A stretch of 64,000 bases of DNA, from the NCBI GenBank assembly GCA_963757095.1, contig CAVWQT010000006.1, positions 32,960 to 96,959 of the forward strand, given 5' to 3'. This DNA is from an uncultured Acidobacteriota bacterium (GTDB lineage: Bacteria > Acidobacteriota > Terriglobia > Terriglobales > Acidobacteriaceae). Every line of letters starts with the position of its first letter. The first letter of the stretch is position 1. Positions 28,277-36,985 of the stretch are shown piece by piece. A program made the position numbers and the translations under genes. A model generated the notes under the pieces. It worked only from the letters and a program-made list of their open reading frames with translations, was not told where the DNA came from and ran no database searches.

Positions 28277-28864
28277 TCAGTGGGCACTGGCAACTCTTAG
28301 AAAATTCTCCACCAGCTTTTTCCCTGCATCGGTGAGCACGCTTTCGGGATGGAACTGCACGCCTTCGACGACATGGAATCGATGGCGCAGGCCCATGATG
28401 GTGCGGGTGCCGTCTTTTTCGGTGGTCCAGGCGCTGACTTCCAGTTCCGGCGGCAGATCTTTTTCCTCGACAACCAGCGAGTGGTATCGTGTGGCCGTCA
28501 TGGGCATGGGCAGGCCCTGGAAGATGCTTTTGTTGTCGTGGATGACCGCGCTGGTTTTTCCGTGCATGAGATGGCTGGCGCGGACAACCTTGCCGCCGAA
28601 TGCTTCGCCGATGGCCTGATGTCCGAGGCAGACGCCGAGTACCGGAACTTTTCCGGCGAAGTGGCGGATCAATGCGATGCTGATGCCGGCTTCGTGCGGA
28701 GTGCACGGGCCGGGCGAGACCACGATCCGCTCGGGCCGCATCTTTTCGACTTGCTCGACGGTGACTTCATCATTGCGGCGCACCTCAACCGTCGCGCCCA
28801 GTTCGCCGATGTACTGGACCAGGTTGTAAGTGAAGGAATCGTAGTTGTCGAGGACGAAGACCAT
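28277..28864 (-). CDS. trpG: Anthranilate/aminodeoxychorismate synthase component II (glutamine amidotransferase)
   Basis: [29 protein letters not shown] (class I GATase triad). Confidence 0.92.
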   Translation of the reverse strand: MVFVLDNYDSFTYNLVQYIGELGATVEVRRNDEVTVEQVEKMRPERIVVSPGPCTPHEAGISIALIRHFAGKVPVLGVCLGHQAIGEAFGGKVVRASHLMHGKTSAVIHDNKSIFQGLPMPMTATRYHSLVVEEKDLPPELEVSAWTTEKDGTRTIMGLRHRFHVVEGVQFHPESVLTDAGKKLVENFLRVASAH

Positions 28865-28912
28865 GAGCGCTCCTGATCAGCTTACAACGAACGTGACGGC
28901 GAATGAGAACCT

Positions 28913-28944
28913 CCACCACAGAGGTCACAGAGGATCACAGAGAC
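28913..28944. repeat. Tandem CACAGAGG ~10-nt units (single arm)
   Basis: CCACCACAGAGGTCACAGAGGATCACAGAGAC. No obvious complementary arm nearby. Confidence 0.6.
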
Positions 28945-29080
28945 GGGCAGCGACGACGGATTACGCTCGCCTGAACGGGCTAGTTAGCTGACCCATGGGT
29001 GGTATTGACCATAATGTGTGTGTCTTGGCATTCTCTGTCCAGAGTTTTTGAGCCACTTCGCGCGCCATTAGGAGAAATGC

Positions 29081-29410
29081 ATGGCTGAGCCCCGGCAAGA
29101 AAAGCGGGCTGCACGACGCTTCGCGCTCCGCGTTCCGGTTACGGTGGATCACGGTGACACCGCCGCACACAATGAAACCGCCCTGCTTCGCGACGTGAGC
29201 GCGAGGGGCATCTGCTTTTATCTGGAATCCGCTATCGAGCAGGGATCGACGATCGGCTTCACCCTGACGCTTCCGCCGGAAATCACTCTGACCGAAAGCA
29301 TCCGCGTACAATGCAAGGGGCACGTGGTGCGGGTCGAGGATCCCAGCCCGGAAGGCAAGCTGGCGGTGGCCGCCGTGATTGACGAGTACGAGTTTCTGCC
29401 CGAAGCGTAG
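29081..29410 (+). CDS. PilZ domain protein
   Basis: RAARRFALRVPV (RxxxR) and DVSARGICF (DxSxxG) motifs. 109 aa. Confidence 0.8.
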   Translation: MAEPRQEKRAARRFALRVPVTVDHGDTAAHNETALLRDVSARGICFYLESAIEQGSTIGFTLTLPPEITLTESIRVQCKGHVVRVEDPSPEGKLAVAAVIDEYEFLPEA

Positions 29411-29538
29411 AGGTTGCCAGTCGCGCGCTGCGAGTCGCGACTTTGGGCGGTGACCTCCTGAGCGCTCAGGAACCAATCCCGAGCTTTCTCTTCCATCGTC
29501 GCAGGTGATATCTTTCACTCAAGCGTTGCGAGAATCTT

Positions 29539-30942
29539 TTGTTGCGATTTAGTTCCCGATTTTTCTTCGCGTTTTCTTTGGCTATCCTTCTGACCCTGGG
29601 ATTGGCGGCGCAGAGCTTTGGCCCGCCGCCTACCATCACCGCGGTTCGCATCGTGCGCGAGAAGGGCGTTCCGTCGGTCGAAATTCTTACCCGCGGCGGT
29701 CCGGTGATTCCCGAGGTGCAGACTTTGACTTCGCCTCCGCGGCTGGTGATCGATCTGCCGAACTCCAAGCTGGGATTGATCCAGAAGAAAATTGAAGTCG
29801 ATAAAGACAACATTCTGGCGATTCGCGCCGACCAGTATCAGCAGACGCCTCCGGTCACGCGAATCGTGCTCGATTTGAGCGCGCCTTACGGATATAGCTG
29901 GGATGGTGCGGGAAACCGGCTGATGGTGCGGCTGAGGCCTCCGGATAATCCCGTGGCGGCTAAGCCTGCGGAAGCGCCTATGGTGAGCGATTTGTCGCTG
30001 AGTTCAACCCCGGCGGTGATTCCGGTGACGGGCGGTCCGGGCATGGTGATGCTGGCCGGAAAGCGATTCGCCGCGGGATCGTCGGTGACCGCGAGCACTG
30101 AGACTGCAGTCCTGCAACTGGCCCGCGGCGGAGAACTGCGCGTGTGCCCGGGCACAACCGTGTCGATTACGCCGTCGAAAACGAAGCGCGACCTGATGCT
30201 CGGTCTGAGCACCGGCGGGCTGGAGACGCATTATTCGCTGGGAGCTTCGGCGGACTCAGTGATGACTCCGGACTTCCGCATCATGTTTGCCGGGCCGGGA
30301 CATTTTCATTACGCCATCAGCGCCGATACCCACGGCAATACTTGCGTGCGGTCGCTTACCGGGAACACTTCTTCGGCGATCGTTTCGGAGTTGATGGGAG
30401 AGCGCATCTACCAGGTGAAGCCGGACGAGTCGGTGGTATTCCGTTCCGGGCAGATCGACCAGGTGGATACGAACATTCCGCTGGACTGTGGATGTCCGGC
30501 GCCGGTGCAGGTATATCGCACCGAGATCGAACCGACTCCGTCAGTACCGGATTCGAATCTGCCGCAGAAATTACGCTTAGGCGGAACGTCCACGCCCGTG
30601 ACGCCCACAACTGGGACCGTTGCCACGAGCGCGGGTAGCGGCATTCCGCAAACTTTATCGACCGGGCCGGAGACGGCGCCACTGCCGCCTGCGCAACCGA
30701 ACGAAACCCACGTTCGGATTGACGCTCCTTTCGTGTTCAGCGGAAAGAAGCACGATCCCCCTGCGGCGATTCCGCCCGCCCCGATTGCGACCGCGAAGCA
30801 ATTGCCGCCGGAAGATGTGTCAGTACGCCAGCCGCAAATGGAAACGGTGGTTCAGCCTCCGCCGCCCGAGCCGAAGACGAAGGCCGGACACCCGGGTTTC
30901 CTGCACAAAGTCAAAAGCTTCTTCAGCGACATTTTCAGCTAG
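29539..30942 (+). CDS. Secreted AMIN-domain protein with a FecR-like middle region and Pro-rich C-terminus
   Basis: Signal peptide, then [39 protein letters not shown] (AMIN pattern). TTG start. Confidence 0.7.
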   Translation: MLRFSSRFFFAFSLAILLTLGLAAQSFGPPPTITAVRIVREKGVPSVEILTRGGPVIPEVQTLTSPPRLVIDLPNSKLGLIQKKIEVDKDNILAIRADQYQQTPPVTRIVLDLSAPYGYSWDGAGNRLMVRLRPPDNPVAAKPAEAPMVSDLSLSSTPAVIPVTGGPGMVMLAGKRFAAGSSVTASTETAVLQLARGGELRVCPGTTVSITPSKTKRDLMLGLSTGGLETHYSLGASADSVMTPDFRIMFAGPGHFHYAISADTHGNTCVRSLTGNTSSAIVSELMGERIYQVKPDESVVFRSGQIDQVDTNIPLDCGCPAPVQVYRTEIEPTPSVPDSNLPQKLRLGGTSTPVTPTTGTVATSAGSGIPQTLSTGPETAPLPPAQPNETHVRIDAPFVFSGKKHDPPAAIPPAPIATAKQLPPEDVSVRQPQMETVVQPPPPEPKTKAGHPGFLHKVKSFFSDIFS

Positions 30943-30947
30943 TATCT

Positions 30948-30980
30948 GGCAAGACGTTGCAAAGCAACGTCTCTACGACC
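30948..30980. repeat. Palindromic element GGCAAGACGTTGC-AAA-GCAACGTCTCTACGA (copy 1); bidirectional terminator position
   Basis: 9-bp perfect stem between the convergent AMIN-protein and YtxH genes. A near-identical copy lies at 32318-32347. Confidence 0.8.
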
Positions 30981-30991
30981 CGCGATTTAAT

Positions 30992-31312
30992 CTAGCTGCG
31001 GTTGATCGCCTTGCGCAGCGGTTCCACTTTCTCGCGGGCAGCGTCGCGCAGGTCGTCGGCCATGTCGGAAGCCATATCCACACCGCGGCCGGCGACATCG
31101 CGCACCCGCTCTTTGGCGTCGTCGGCCCAATCGCCCAGACGATCGCGAGCGTCATCGTAACCGCGCTGGAGATCGCGGCGAAACTGCTTGCCGGTTTTGG
31201 GGGCGAGCATCAACCCCGCGAGGGCACCAGCGCCCAGGCCTATGAGAAGAAAAGTGATGGCTGTGCCGATGTTGCTGCCTTCCGAAGAAGACTCATAATT
31301 TCCGATGCGCAT
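30992..31312 (-). CDS. YtxH-domain protein
   Basis: MRIGNY..GTAITFLLIGLGAGALAGLMLAPKTGKQFRRDL.. Start at ATG 31312 after AGAAAGAGG. Confidence 0.8.
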   Translation of the reverse strand: MRIGNYESSSEGSNIGTAITFLLIGLGAGALAGLMLAPKTGKQFRRDLQRGYDDARDRLGDWADDAKERVRDVAGRGVDMASDMADDLRDAAREKVEPLRKAINRS

Positions 31313-31634
31313 AGAAAAACCTCTTTCTGCCCGGAAGATCCGGGCCTGAACTGGTTGCCCCATTCTTGCGAGCCAGACAGCGAGTGGGGTGCGGCGATGG
31401 CGCTCTGCAACGATTCTAGTCTCCTGCGATTCTAGTCTCAATCGGAGGCGCTGGCGGTTCAATCGGAGCGGAGCTCGTTCCACGGCTTCGATGAGTCCGC
31501 TTCCGGGAAGGTTTCTTTCGCGCGCCGTCTGAGTGTAAAATAACGTTTTGCCATCGTGGCGGCGGAACTTGTGGCCTTGCCCGTCTTTTCGCCGGCTCTG
31601 CAAACTGCCATCTTAGAGGAGAATTTTTTCAGCA

Positions 31635-32195
31635 ATGTCGATCCCTGCCACGCAGCTCCGTCCCGGCATGATCATCAAGCACAACAATGATCTGCACTCC
31701 GTCTTTTCGGTCGAGCACCGCACGCCCGGCAACCTGCGCGCCTTCATCCAGGCCAAGCTGCGCAACCTGCGCACCGGGGCGATGTTCGAGCACCGCTTCC
31801 GTTCGCCTGACCCGATCGAGAAGATCAATGTCGACGAAGTCGATATGCAGTTCCTGTACGCCGACGGCGACAGCTATTATTTCATGGACACCAGCAACTA
31901 CGAGCAGACCCACCTGACCCGGGAAACTCTGGGCGACGCGGTCGAATACCTGATCCCCAACCTCGAGATCAAGGTGGAGTTCTTCGACGGCAAGGCAGTC
32001 GGGATTGAGCTGCCGCAAACCGTCATCCTCACCGTGATTGAGACTGAGCCCGGGTTGAAGAGCGCGACGGCTTCGAGCGTGACCAAGGCCGCGAAGACTG
32101 AGACCGGACTCGTGGTGCAGGTGCCGCCGTTCATTAACGAAGGCGAAAAGATCAAGGTAGACACTTCGGAAGGCGCATACTTGTCGCGCGCGTAA
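31635..32195 (+). CDS. efp: Translation elongation factor P (atypical loop PGNLRA)
   Basis: 186 aa with a three-domain EF-P pattern (..YYFMDTSNYEQ.., ..VIETEPGLKSATASSVTKAAKTETG..VQVPPFINEGE). Confidence 0.92.
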   Translation: MSIPATQLRPGMIIKHNNDLHSVFSVEHRTPGNLRAFIQAKLRNLRTGAMFEHRFRSPDPIEKINVDEVDMQFLYADGDSYYFMDTSNYEQTHLTRETLGDAVEYLIPNLEIKVEFFDGKAVGIELPQTVILTVIETEPGLKSATASSVTKAAKTETGLVVQVPPFINEGEKIKVDTSEGAYLSRA

Positions 32196-32213
32196 GCACC
32201 CGATACCGTCCGT

Positions 32214-32242
32214 AGAGACGCAGCTTGCTGCGTCTCTTTTTG
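32214..32242 (+). terminator. Rho-independent terminator of efp
   Basis: AGAGACGCAG-CTTG-CTGCGTCTCT followed by TTTTT. Confidence 0.85.
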
Positions 32243-32317
32243 TGTAAAGCAGGATGTGTGTAGAGCAGGATAGGTAAGGCACGGTCCGTTGTCGATGAAA
32301 CGGCATTAGCGCCGCAG

Positions 32318-32347
32318 GCAAGACGTTGCAAGCAACGTCTCTACGAT
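32318..32347. repeat. Palindromic element GGCAAGACGTTGC-AA-GCAACGTCTCTACGA (copy 2)
   Basis: Differs from copy 1 by a 1-nt loop indel over about 31 nt. Ends right at the acyP ATG. Confidence 0.8.
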
Positions 32348-32641
32348 ATGAGCGATCAGACCATCCAGGCCAAGCGGTTCATCGTTCGTGGACGCGTGCA
32401 GGGCGTCGGCTTTCGCTGGTTTGTGGAACGCGAGGCGCATCTGCTCGGCATCGCCGGCTGGGTTCGCAATAATCACGACGGCAACGTGGAAATTCTGGCC
32501 CAGGGCTCGCGCGATCAGCTTGCGGGGTTGCATTCGCGATTGCGCGAGGGGCCGCGCGCGGCGCGGGTAGATGCCGTCGATGTTTCCGAAGCCACTCCGG
32601 CCGCGGGATTAAGTTCGTTTCGTATTGAAGGAGCCTGGTAG
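32348..32641 (+). CDS. acyP: Acylphosphatase
   Basis: 97 aa, ..RFIVRGRVQGVGFRWFV..A..LGIAGWVRNNHDGNVEI (VxGxVQGVxFR signature). Confidence 0.9.
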   Translation: MSDQTIQAKRFIVRGRVQGVGFRWFVEREAHLLGIAGWVRNNHDGNVEILAQGSRDQLAGLHSRLREGPRAARVDAVDVSEATPAAGLSSFRIEGAW

Positions 32642-33202
32642 ATGCCCTCTGGTTCACCGTCCGCTGTCGCCACTATGAAAGCCGATCAACTCAAGAAACT
32701 CATTCGCGAAATTCCCGATTTCCCCAAGAAGGGGATCCTCTTCTACGACATCACTACGCTGCTGAAAGACAAGGCCGGGTTTGCGTCACTGATCGACATG
32801 CTGTCGGAGCATTACGAGTCCGCCAATGTCGATCTCGTTCTCGGCATGGAGGCGCGCGGGTTCATCTTCGCTCCGGCTCTGGCTTATCGCCTGAAGGCGG
32901 GATTCGTTCCTGTGCGCAAGCCAGGCAAACTTCCCGCGGAATGCGCTCGCTACGACTACGCGCTCGAGTACGGATCGAACACGCTGGAAATTCATAAGGA
33001 CGCAATTCAGAAAGGCCAGCGCGTGCTGATTGTCGACGACCTGCTGGCGACCGGAGGCACCGCCGAGGCTACGGCGAAGCTGGCCGAATCGCTGGGTGCG
33101 GAAATTGTCGGCCTGGGATTTGTGGTCGAGTTGGACTTCCTCAGAGGAAGGGACAAGTTGAAGAAGTACGAGGTGAATTCCTTGCTGCACTACAACAAGT
33201 AA
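32642..33202 (+). CDS. apt: Adenine phosphoribosyltransferase
   Basis: ..[15 protein letters not shown].. and [14 protein letters not shown] (PRPP motif). The start could instead be ATG 32675. Confidence 0.92.
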   Translation: MPSGSPSAVATMKADQLKKLIREIPDFPKKGILFYDITTLLKDKAGFASLIDMLSEHYESANVDLVLGMEARGFIFAPALAYRLKAGFVPVRKPGKLPAECARYDYALEYGSNTLEIHKDAIQKGQRVLIVDDLLATGGTAEATAKLAESLGAEIVGLGFVVELDFLRGRDKLKKYEVNSLLHYNK

Positions 33203-33274
33203 GTGGAGAAATATCTGCCCCACTCGATTGCGCTGTTTCGCGCAGAGTGGGGCAGTCTGCAAGGAGAAAATCTA

Positions 33275-33544
33275 CTACTTCACCATCCGCGAGACCATCA
33301 AGCCTATACCCGTCCAAAAAGCGGAGCTGATGCCAAGCATTAATCCCAACCCCAGCATGGCATTCCAGTTCAGCCGTCTGCCGCTGCGGGGTTCCCGGGC
33401 TCGGGAGTCGTACTCAAACCAGGATCGTAACCACTGAATGTTTCGGCGGTTCTGGGGAGCGGTTGAGCCGTCGTCAATGAGAACTCGAATACTCGTTTTA
33501 CGGGTGCTTGTCTGGGGGGACAGCTGCGAAATTCTGTAGCTCAT
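33275..33544 (-). CDS. Hypothetical tail-anchored membrane protein
   Basis: ATG 33544 follows GGAGG. 89 aa ending in the TM LGLGLMLGISSAFWTGIGLMV. Confidence 0.5.
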   Translation of the reverse strand: MSYRISQLSPQTSTRKTSIRVLIDDGSTAPQNRRNIQWLRSWFEYDSRAREPRSGRRLNWNAMLGLGLMLGISSAFWTGIGLMVSRMVK

Positions 33545-33623
33545 GAAGCACCTCCAATCCATTGCAAGCAACTGGCTAGCCAAATTGCGTCAACTTGCAA
33601 CTGCTTGATAGTTAAGATGCTGG

Positions 33624-33797
33624 TTGCCGCGTCCGGGTTTTGCGATATGCAAAAAGTGCGGAAAGTCCCAACGGTGGTGCCGGTCGAGCGGCTTTTGCCC
33701 CAGTTGCGGCAAGGATTTCTTACGGGAAAACCTTAGGGAAGACGCGGGAAGGCCTTATTTCTCAGACAGAATCAGGGGCGCGTCGGCGGCCAGATAG
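33624..33797 (+). CDS. Candidate zinc-ribbon small protein (below the ORF-track size cut-off)
   Basis: The frame reads ..AICKKCGKSQRWCRSSGFCPSCGKDFL.. (CxxC...CxxC). The only in-frame start is TTG 33624, with no clear RBS. The 3' end overlaps the convergent ORF 33755-34012. Confidence 0.3.
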   Translation: MPRPGFAICKKCGKSQRWCRSSGFCPSCGKDFLRENLREDAGRPYFSDRIRGASAAR

Positions 33798-34012
33798 CTC
33801 TTTCGCCGGAACCAGTCTTCCATGGCTTTCTTGAGTTCCCCGAGGGGAACGTTGGAGCCGATCTCCATTTCCCCGTCGGAGACGGGCAATGTGTCATCAA
33901 ACACGCTGGCATTGGTGAAGTTGCGCATGGAAAAGCTGTCGAGCCACTTCAGCGGGCATGGAAGTTGGCGGCCGTCTTTCTGGTACTCAACGCGAATCTT
34001 GCGGGCGAACAT
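33755..34012 (-). CDS. Hypothetical protein
   Basis: 85-aa ORF with no recognisable motif. Confidence 0.4.
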   Translation of the reverse strand: MFARKIRVEYQKDGRQLPCPLKWLDSFSMRNFTNASVFDDTLPVSDGEMEIGSNVPLGELKKAMEDWFRRKSYLAADAPLILSEK

Positions 34013-34283
34013 GGGACCATTCTATCGAGTCCGGGAGCGGCTGCGGTGTAGTTCGAACCTCGAATTTCTTAGGAGGATCTCACCCGGCTTTCGAGTGGGA
34101 GATCGTTCGCTCCGGCTGCGCTCAGGATGCCGCCACGAACCCTTTACTACAACGACGCATGGCTTGCTTCCCTGCCGTCATGCCTCATATACTCGGAACG
34201 TTTGCCCGCTTGTGGCCGGGAGATTTCGGCGACTGCTGGCTTGCATTCAATTCAGACCTGCCATCATTCCGGAGAAAAACCTA

Positions 34284-35562
34284 ATGTCGACCATCACCAC
34301 CGCCCCGCACGTGGATAAGGAAACCAATCCGTGGGAGTCGCAGCGCGCGCGCTTTGACCTGGCCGCACAGAAGCTCAACCTGGATGAAGGCCTGTGGCGG
34401 GTGTTGCGCTATCCCAACCGCGAAGTCACGGTCTACATCCCGGTGCAGATGGACGACGGGCATCTGGAAGTGTTCACCGGATTCCGGGTGCAGCATTCGA
34501 TTGCGCGCGGTCCGGCGAAGGGCGGCATTCGCTATTCGCCCGACGTCACGCTCGATGAAGTGCGGGCGCTCGCCAGCTGGATGACGTGGAAGTGCGCCGT
34601 GGTCAACATTCCGTTCGGCGGGGCCAAGGGCGGCGTGATCTGCGATCCGCACAAGATGTCGATGGGCGAAGTGGAGCGCATGACGCGGCGCTACACCTCG
34701 GAGCTGATTGAATTCATCGGGCCGGAAAAAGATGTGCCCGGCGCCCGACGTGAACACCAACGAGCAAATCATGGCGTGGATGATGGACACCTATTCCATG
34801 CACATGCGGCAGACGGTTACGGCCGTCGTGACCGGCAAGCCAATCAACATTGGCGGATCGCGCGGGCGGCGCGAGGCCACAGGGCGCGGCGTGATGGTGG
34901 TGTGCGACGAGGCTTGCAAGAAACTGGAAATCGATCGCGAACGCGCGCGCGTGATCGTGCAGGGATTTGGCAATGTCGGTTCCAACGCCGCGGGGTTGAT
35001 GCACGAAGCGGGTTACAAGGTGGTCGGCATCGCCGAGGTCGGCGGCGGGCTCTACAACAAGAATGGAATTGATCTGAAAGCGCTGTTGGACTTCCGCCAG
35101 AAAAACGGGACGGTGCACGGCTTCCCCGGGGCGGAGGCGTACGACGCGGCCGAGTTGCTGACCACGGAGTGCGAAATCCTGATTCCGGCGGCGACCGAGA
35201 ACGTCATCACCAGCCGCAACGTGGATCGGGTAAAGTGCCGCATTCTGGCGGAGGGCGCGAATGGGCCGACGACTTCGGCGGCCGATGATGTGCTGAGCGA
35301 AAAGAAGGTTTTCGTGATTCCCGACATTCTGGCCAATGCCGGCGGCGTCACGACTTCGTACTTCGAGTGGGTGCAGGATCGCCAGGGCTACTTCTGGAAA
35401 GAGTCGGTGGTCAACGAGCAGCTTGAGACCATCATGAAGTCGTCGTTTGAAGACGTTGTGCGCTATGCGGAGACGCATCATGTGAACAATCGCATTGCAG
35501 CTTACATGCTGGCGATTGACCGCGTGGCGTATACGATCCGGCAGCGCGGCATTTACGCGTAA
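34284..35562 (+). CDS. gdhA: NAD(P)-specific glutamate dehydrogenase; frame interrupted near 34737-34741
   Basis: [44 protein letters not shown]|[25 protein letters not shown]... The two track ORFs join after removal of one base. Confidence 0.9.
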
Positions 35563-35590
35563 AGCAGGATTTGCTGGCAGAATTACTTGC

Positions 35591-35625
35591 AAGGCCTCCA
35601 CTGCGGTGGAGGCCTTTTGGTTTTG
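35591..35625 (+). terminator. Rho-independent terminator of gdh
   Basis: AAGGCCTCCAC-TGCG-GTGGAGGCCTT followed by TTGGTTTT. Confidence 0.85.
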
Positions 35626-35778
35626 CGGCTTGACCGATTCGGATGTGGCTGGCATGATGGTGCACCGTGACTCGGGCCCTGCACTATTGTGTGAGTTGGT
35701 TGTCGCTCCATAGACCTCGCCACGCCGACTCCGCACACAAAAAATTGTAATAACGATCTCAATTTAGGAGAAATTCCC

Positions 35779-36480
35779 TTGAATAAGCAGACTGCACGAT
35801 CCCTTTGGGGCATATCCGTGTTTCTGATTCTCGCCCTGACTGCCGGCATGGCATGGGCGCAATCTCAGACCAGTTCCACCGCTTCCACCGATCAGTCCAC
35901 CACAACCTCGAAGAAATCGAAGAAGGCGAAGAAGGCTGCGGCCGCGAAGGACGCCACGGCTGCGCCAGCCGCTTCGGGCACGAGCACGGCGGCTCCGGCG
36001 GCGAAGACTTCCACCTCCACTTCCAGCACCGCGGCTTCGAGCAAGACTTCGTCGAAGACCTCTTCGAAGAAGAGCAAGAAGAGTGATTCGGCGATGGCGG
36101 GGTCGAGCGCCGCTCCTGCGGCGAATACGATGGCTGCCCCGGCTGCGAGTTCTGCTCCCGCGGCGAAGACCGCTCCGGCTCCGAGCGCCGCTCCCGCAGC
36201 GAAATCCGCACCAGCCTCTGCTCCGGCTGCGGGCTCCGCAATGGCCGCCCCTGCAACTGCGCCAGCGAAATCGGCGACCAAAAAAGCGGCTCCGGCTCCG
36301 GCCAGCAACGCTTCTGACTCCGACATTGCCGCGGCCAAGTCGTCGGGAAAAGTCTGGGTCAATACCGACAGCAAGGTCTATCACAAGAGCGGACGCTGGT
36401 ATGGCAAGACGAAGGCCGGTAAATTCATGACCGAGGATGAGGCCAAGGCCGCCGGTTACAAGGCCGCGCAGGGCGACTAA
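35779..36480 (+). CDS. Secreted low-complexity (Ser/Thr/Ala/Lys-rich) protein with a conserved ~40-aa C-terminal module
   Basis: TTG start 8 nt after AGGAG. Signal peptide ..LILALTAGMAWAQ and C-terminus KVWVNTDSKVYHKSGRWYGKTKAGKFMTEDEAKAAGYKAAQ. Confidence 0.7.
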   Translation: MNKQTARSLWGISVFLILALTAGMAWAQSQTSSTASTDQSTTTSKKSKKAKKAAAAKDATAAPAASGTSTAAPAAKTSTSTSSTAASSKTSSKTSSKKSKKSDSAMAGSSAAPAANTMAAPAASSAPAAKTAPAPSAAPAAKSAPASAPAAGSAMAAPATAPAKSATKKAAPAPASNASDSDIAAAKSSGKVWVNTDSKVYHKSGRWYGKTKAGKFMTEDEAKAAGYKAAQGD

Positions 36481-36496
36481 ATTTCAACGGTGACGT

Positions 36497-36533
36497 CCCC
36501 ACTTCTCGCGCACACATCGCGCGAGAAATGGGG
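36497..36533 (+). terminator. Hairpin CCCCACTTCTCGCGC / GCGCGAGAAATGGGG after the 35779-36480 gene
   Basis: 15-bp stem with one mismatch. No T-tract, so it may be a REP-like element rather than a classic terminator. Confidence 0.5.
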
Positions 36534-36572
36534 CACCCAGCAACTTTTACTCGAATCATTTAAGGAGGAAAT

Positions 36573-36893
36573 ATGAATCGCAAAAATCTGATTACCAGGA
36601 TTCTGTTAACGGTGATGGCGCTGGCGCTGCTCGGTTCGCTGAGCTTCGCACAGGCTGCGGGCTCGAGCGCCAAGGGCGGCGCGATGGCGGCGGCGGCATC
36701 CACCGATCTGCTGGACATCAATTCGGCCACCAAAGATCAACTCGATGCGCTGCCCGGAATCGGCGACGCGTACGCGCAGAAGATCATCGCTGGCCGTCCT
36801 TACAAGGCCAAGACCGATCTGGTGCAGAAGAAGATCCTTCCCCAGGCGACCTACAACAAGATCAAAGACAAGATCATCGCCAAGCAGAAATAA
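36573..36893 (+). CDS. ComEA-like helix-hairpin-helix DNA-binding protein (secreted)
   Basis: Signal peptide, then [36 protein letters not shown] (HhH motif). Confidence 0.8.
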   Translation: MNRKNLITRILLTVMALALLGSLSFAQAAGSSAKGGAMAAAASTDLLDINSATKDQLDALPGIGDAYAQKIIAGRPYKAKTDLVQKKILPQATYNKIKDKIIAKQK

Positions 36894-36902
36894 GACGCGA
36901 AG

Positions 36903-36937
36903 GGCCGCGCGGAGACTTGCACTGCTGCGGCCTTTTT
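36903..36937 (+). terminator. Weak hairpin plus T-run after the ComEA-like gene
   Basis: GGCCGC...GCGGCC followed by TTTTT. Confidence 0.4.
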
Positions 36938-36985
36938 CTTCTACACTTCAACCTTGGAACCACCGTCATTGTAAAAGGAGTGCAT

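Noticed and set aside
35764-36384. Several overlapping ORFs on both strands in 35.76-36.43 kb
   Set aside because: They arise from the low-complexity Ala/Ser/Lys-coding repeat of the 35779-36480 gene. Only that frame has an RBS, a signal peptide and a structured C-terminus.
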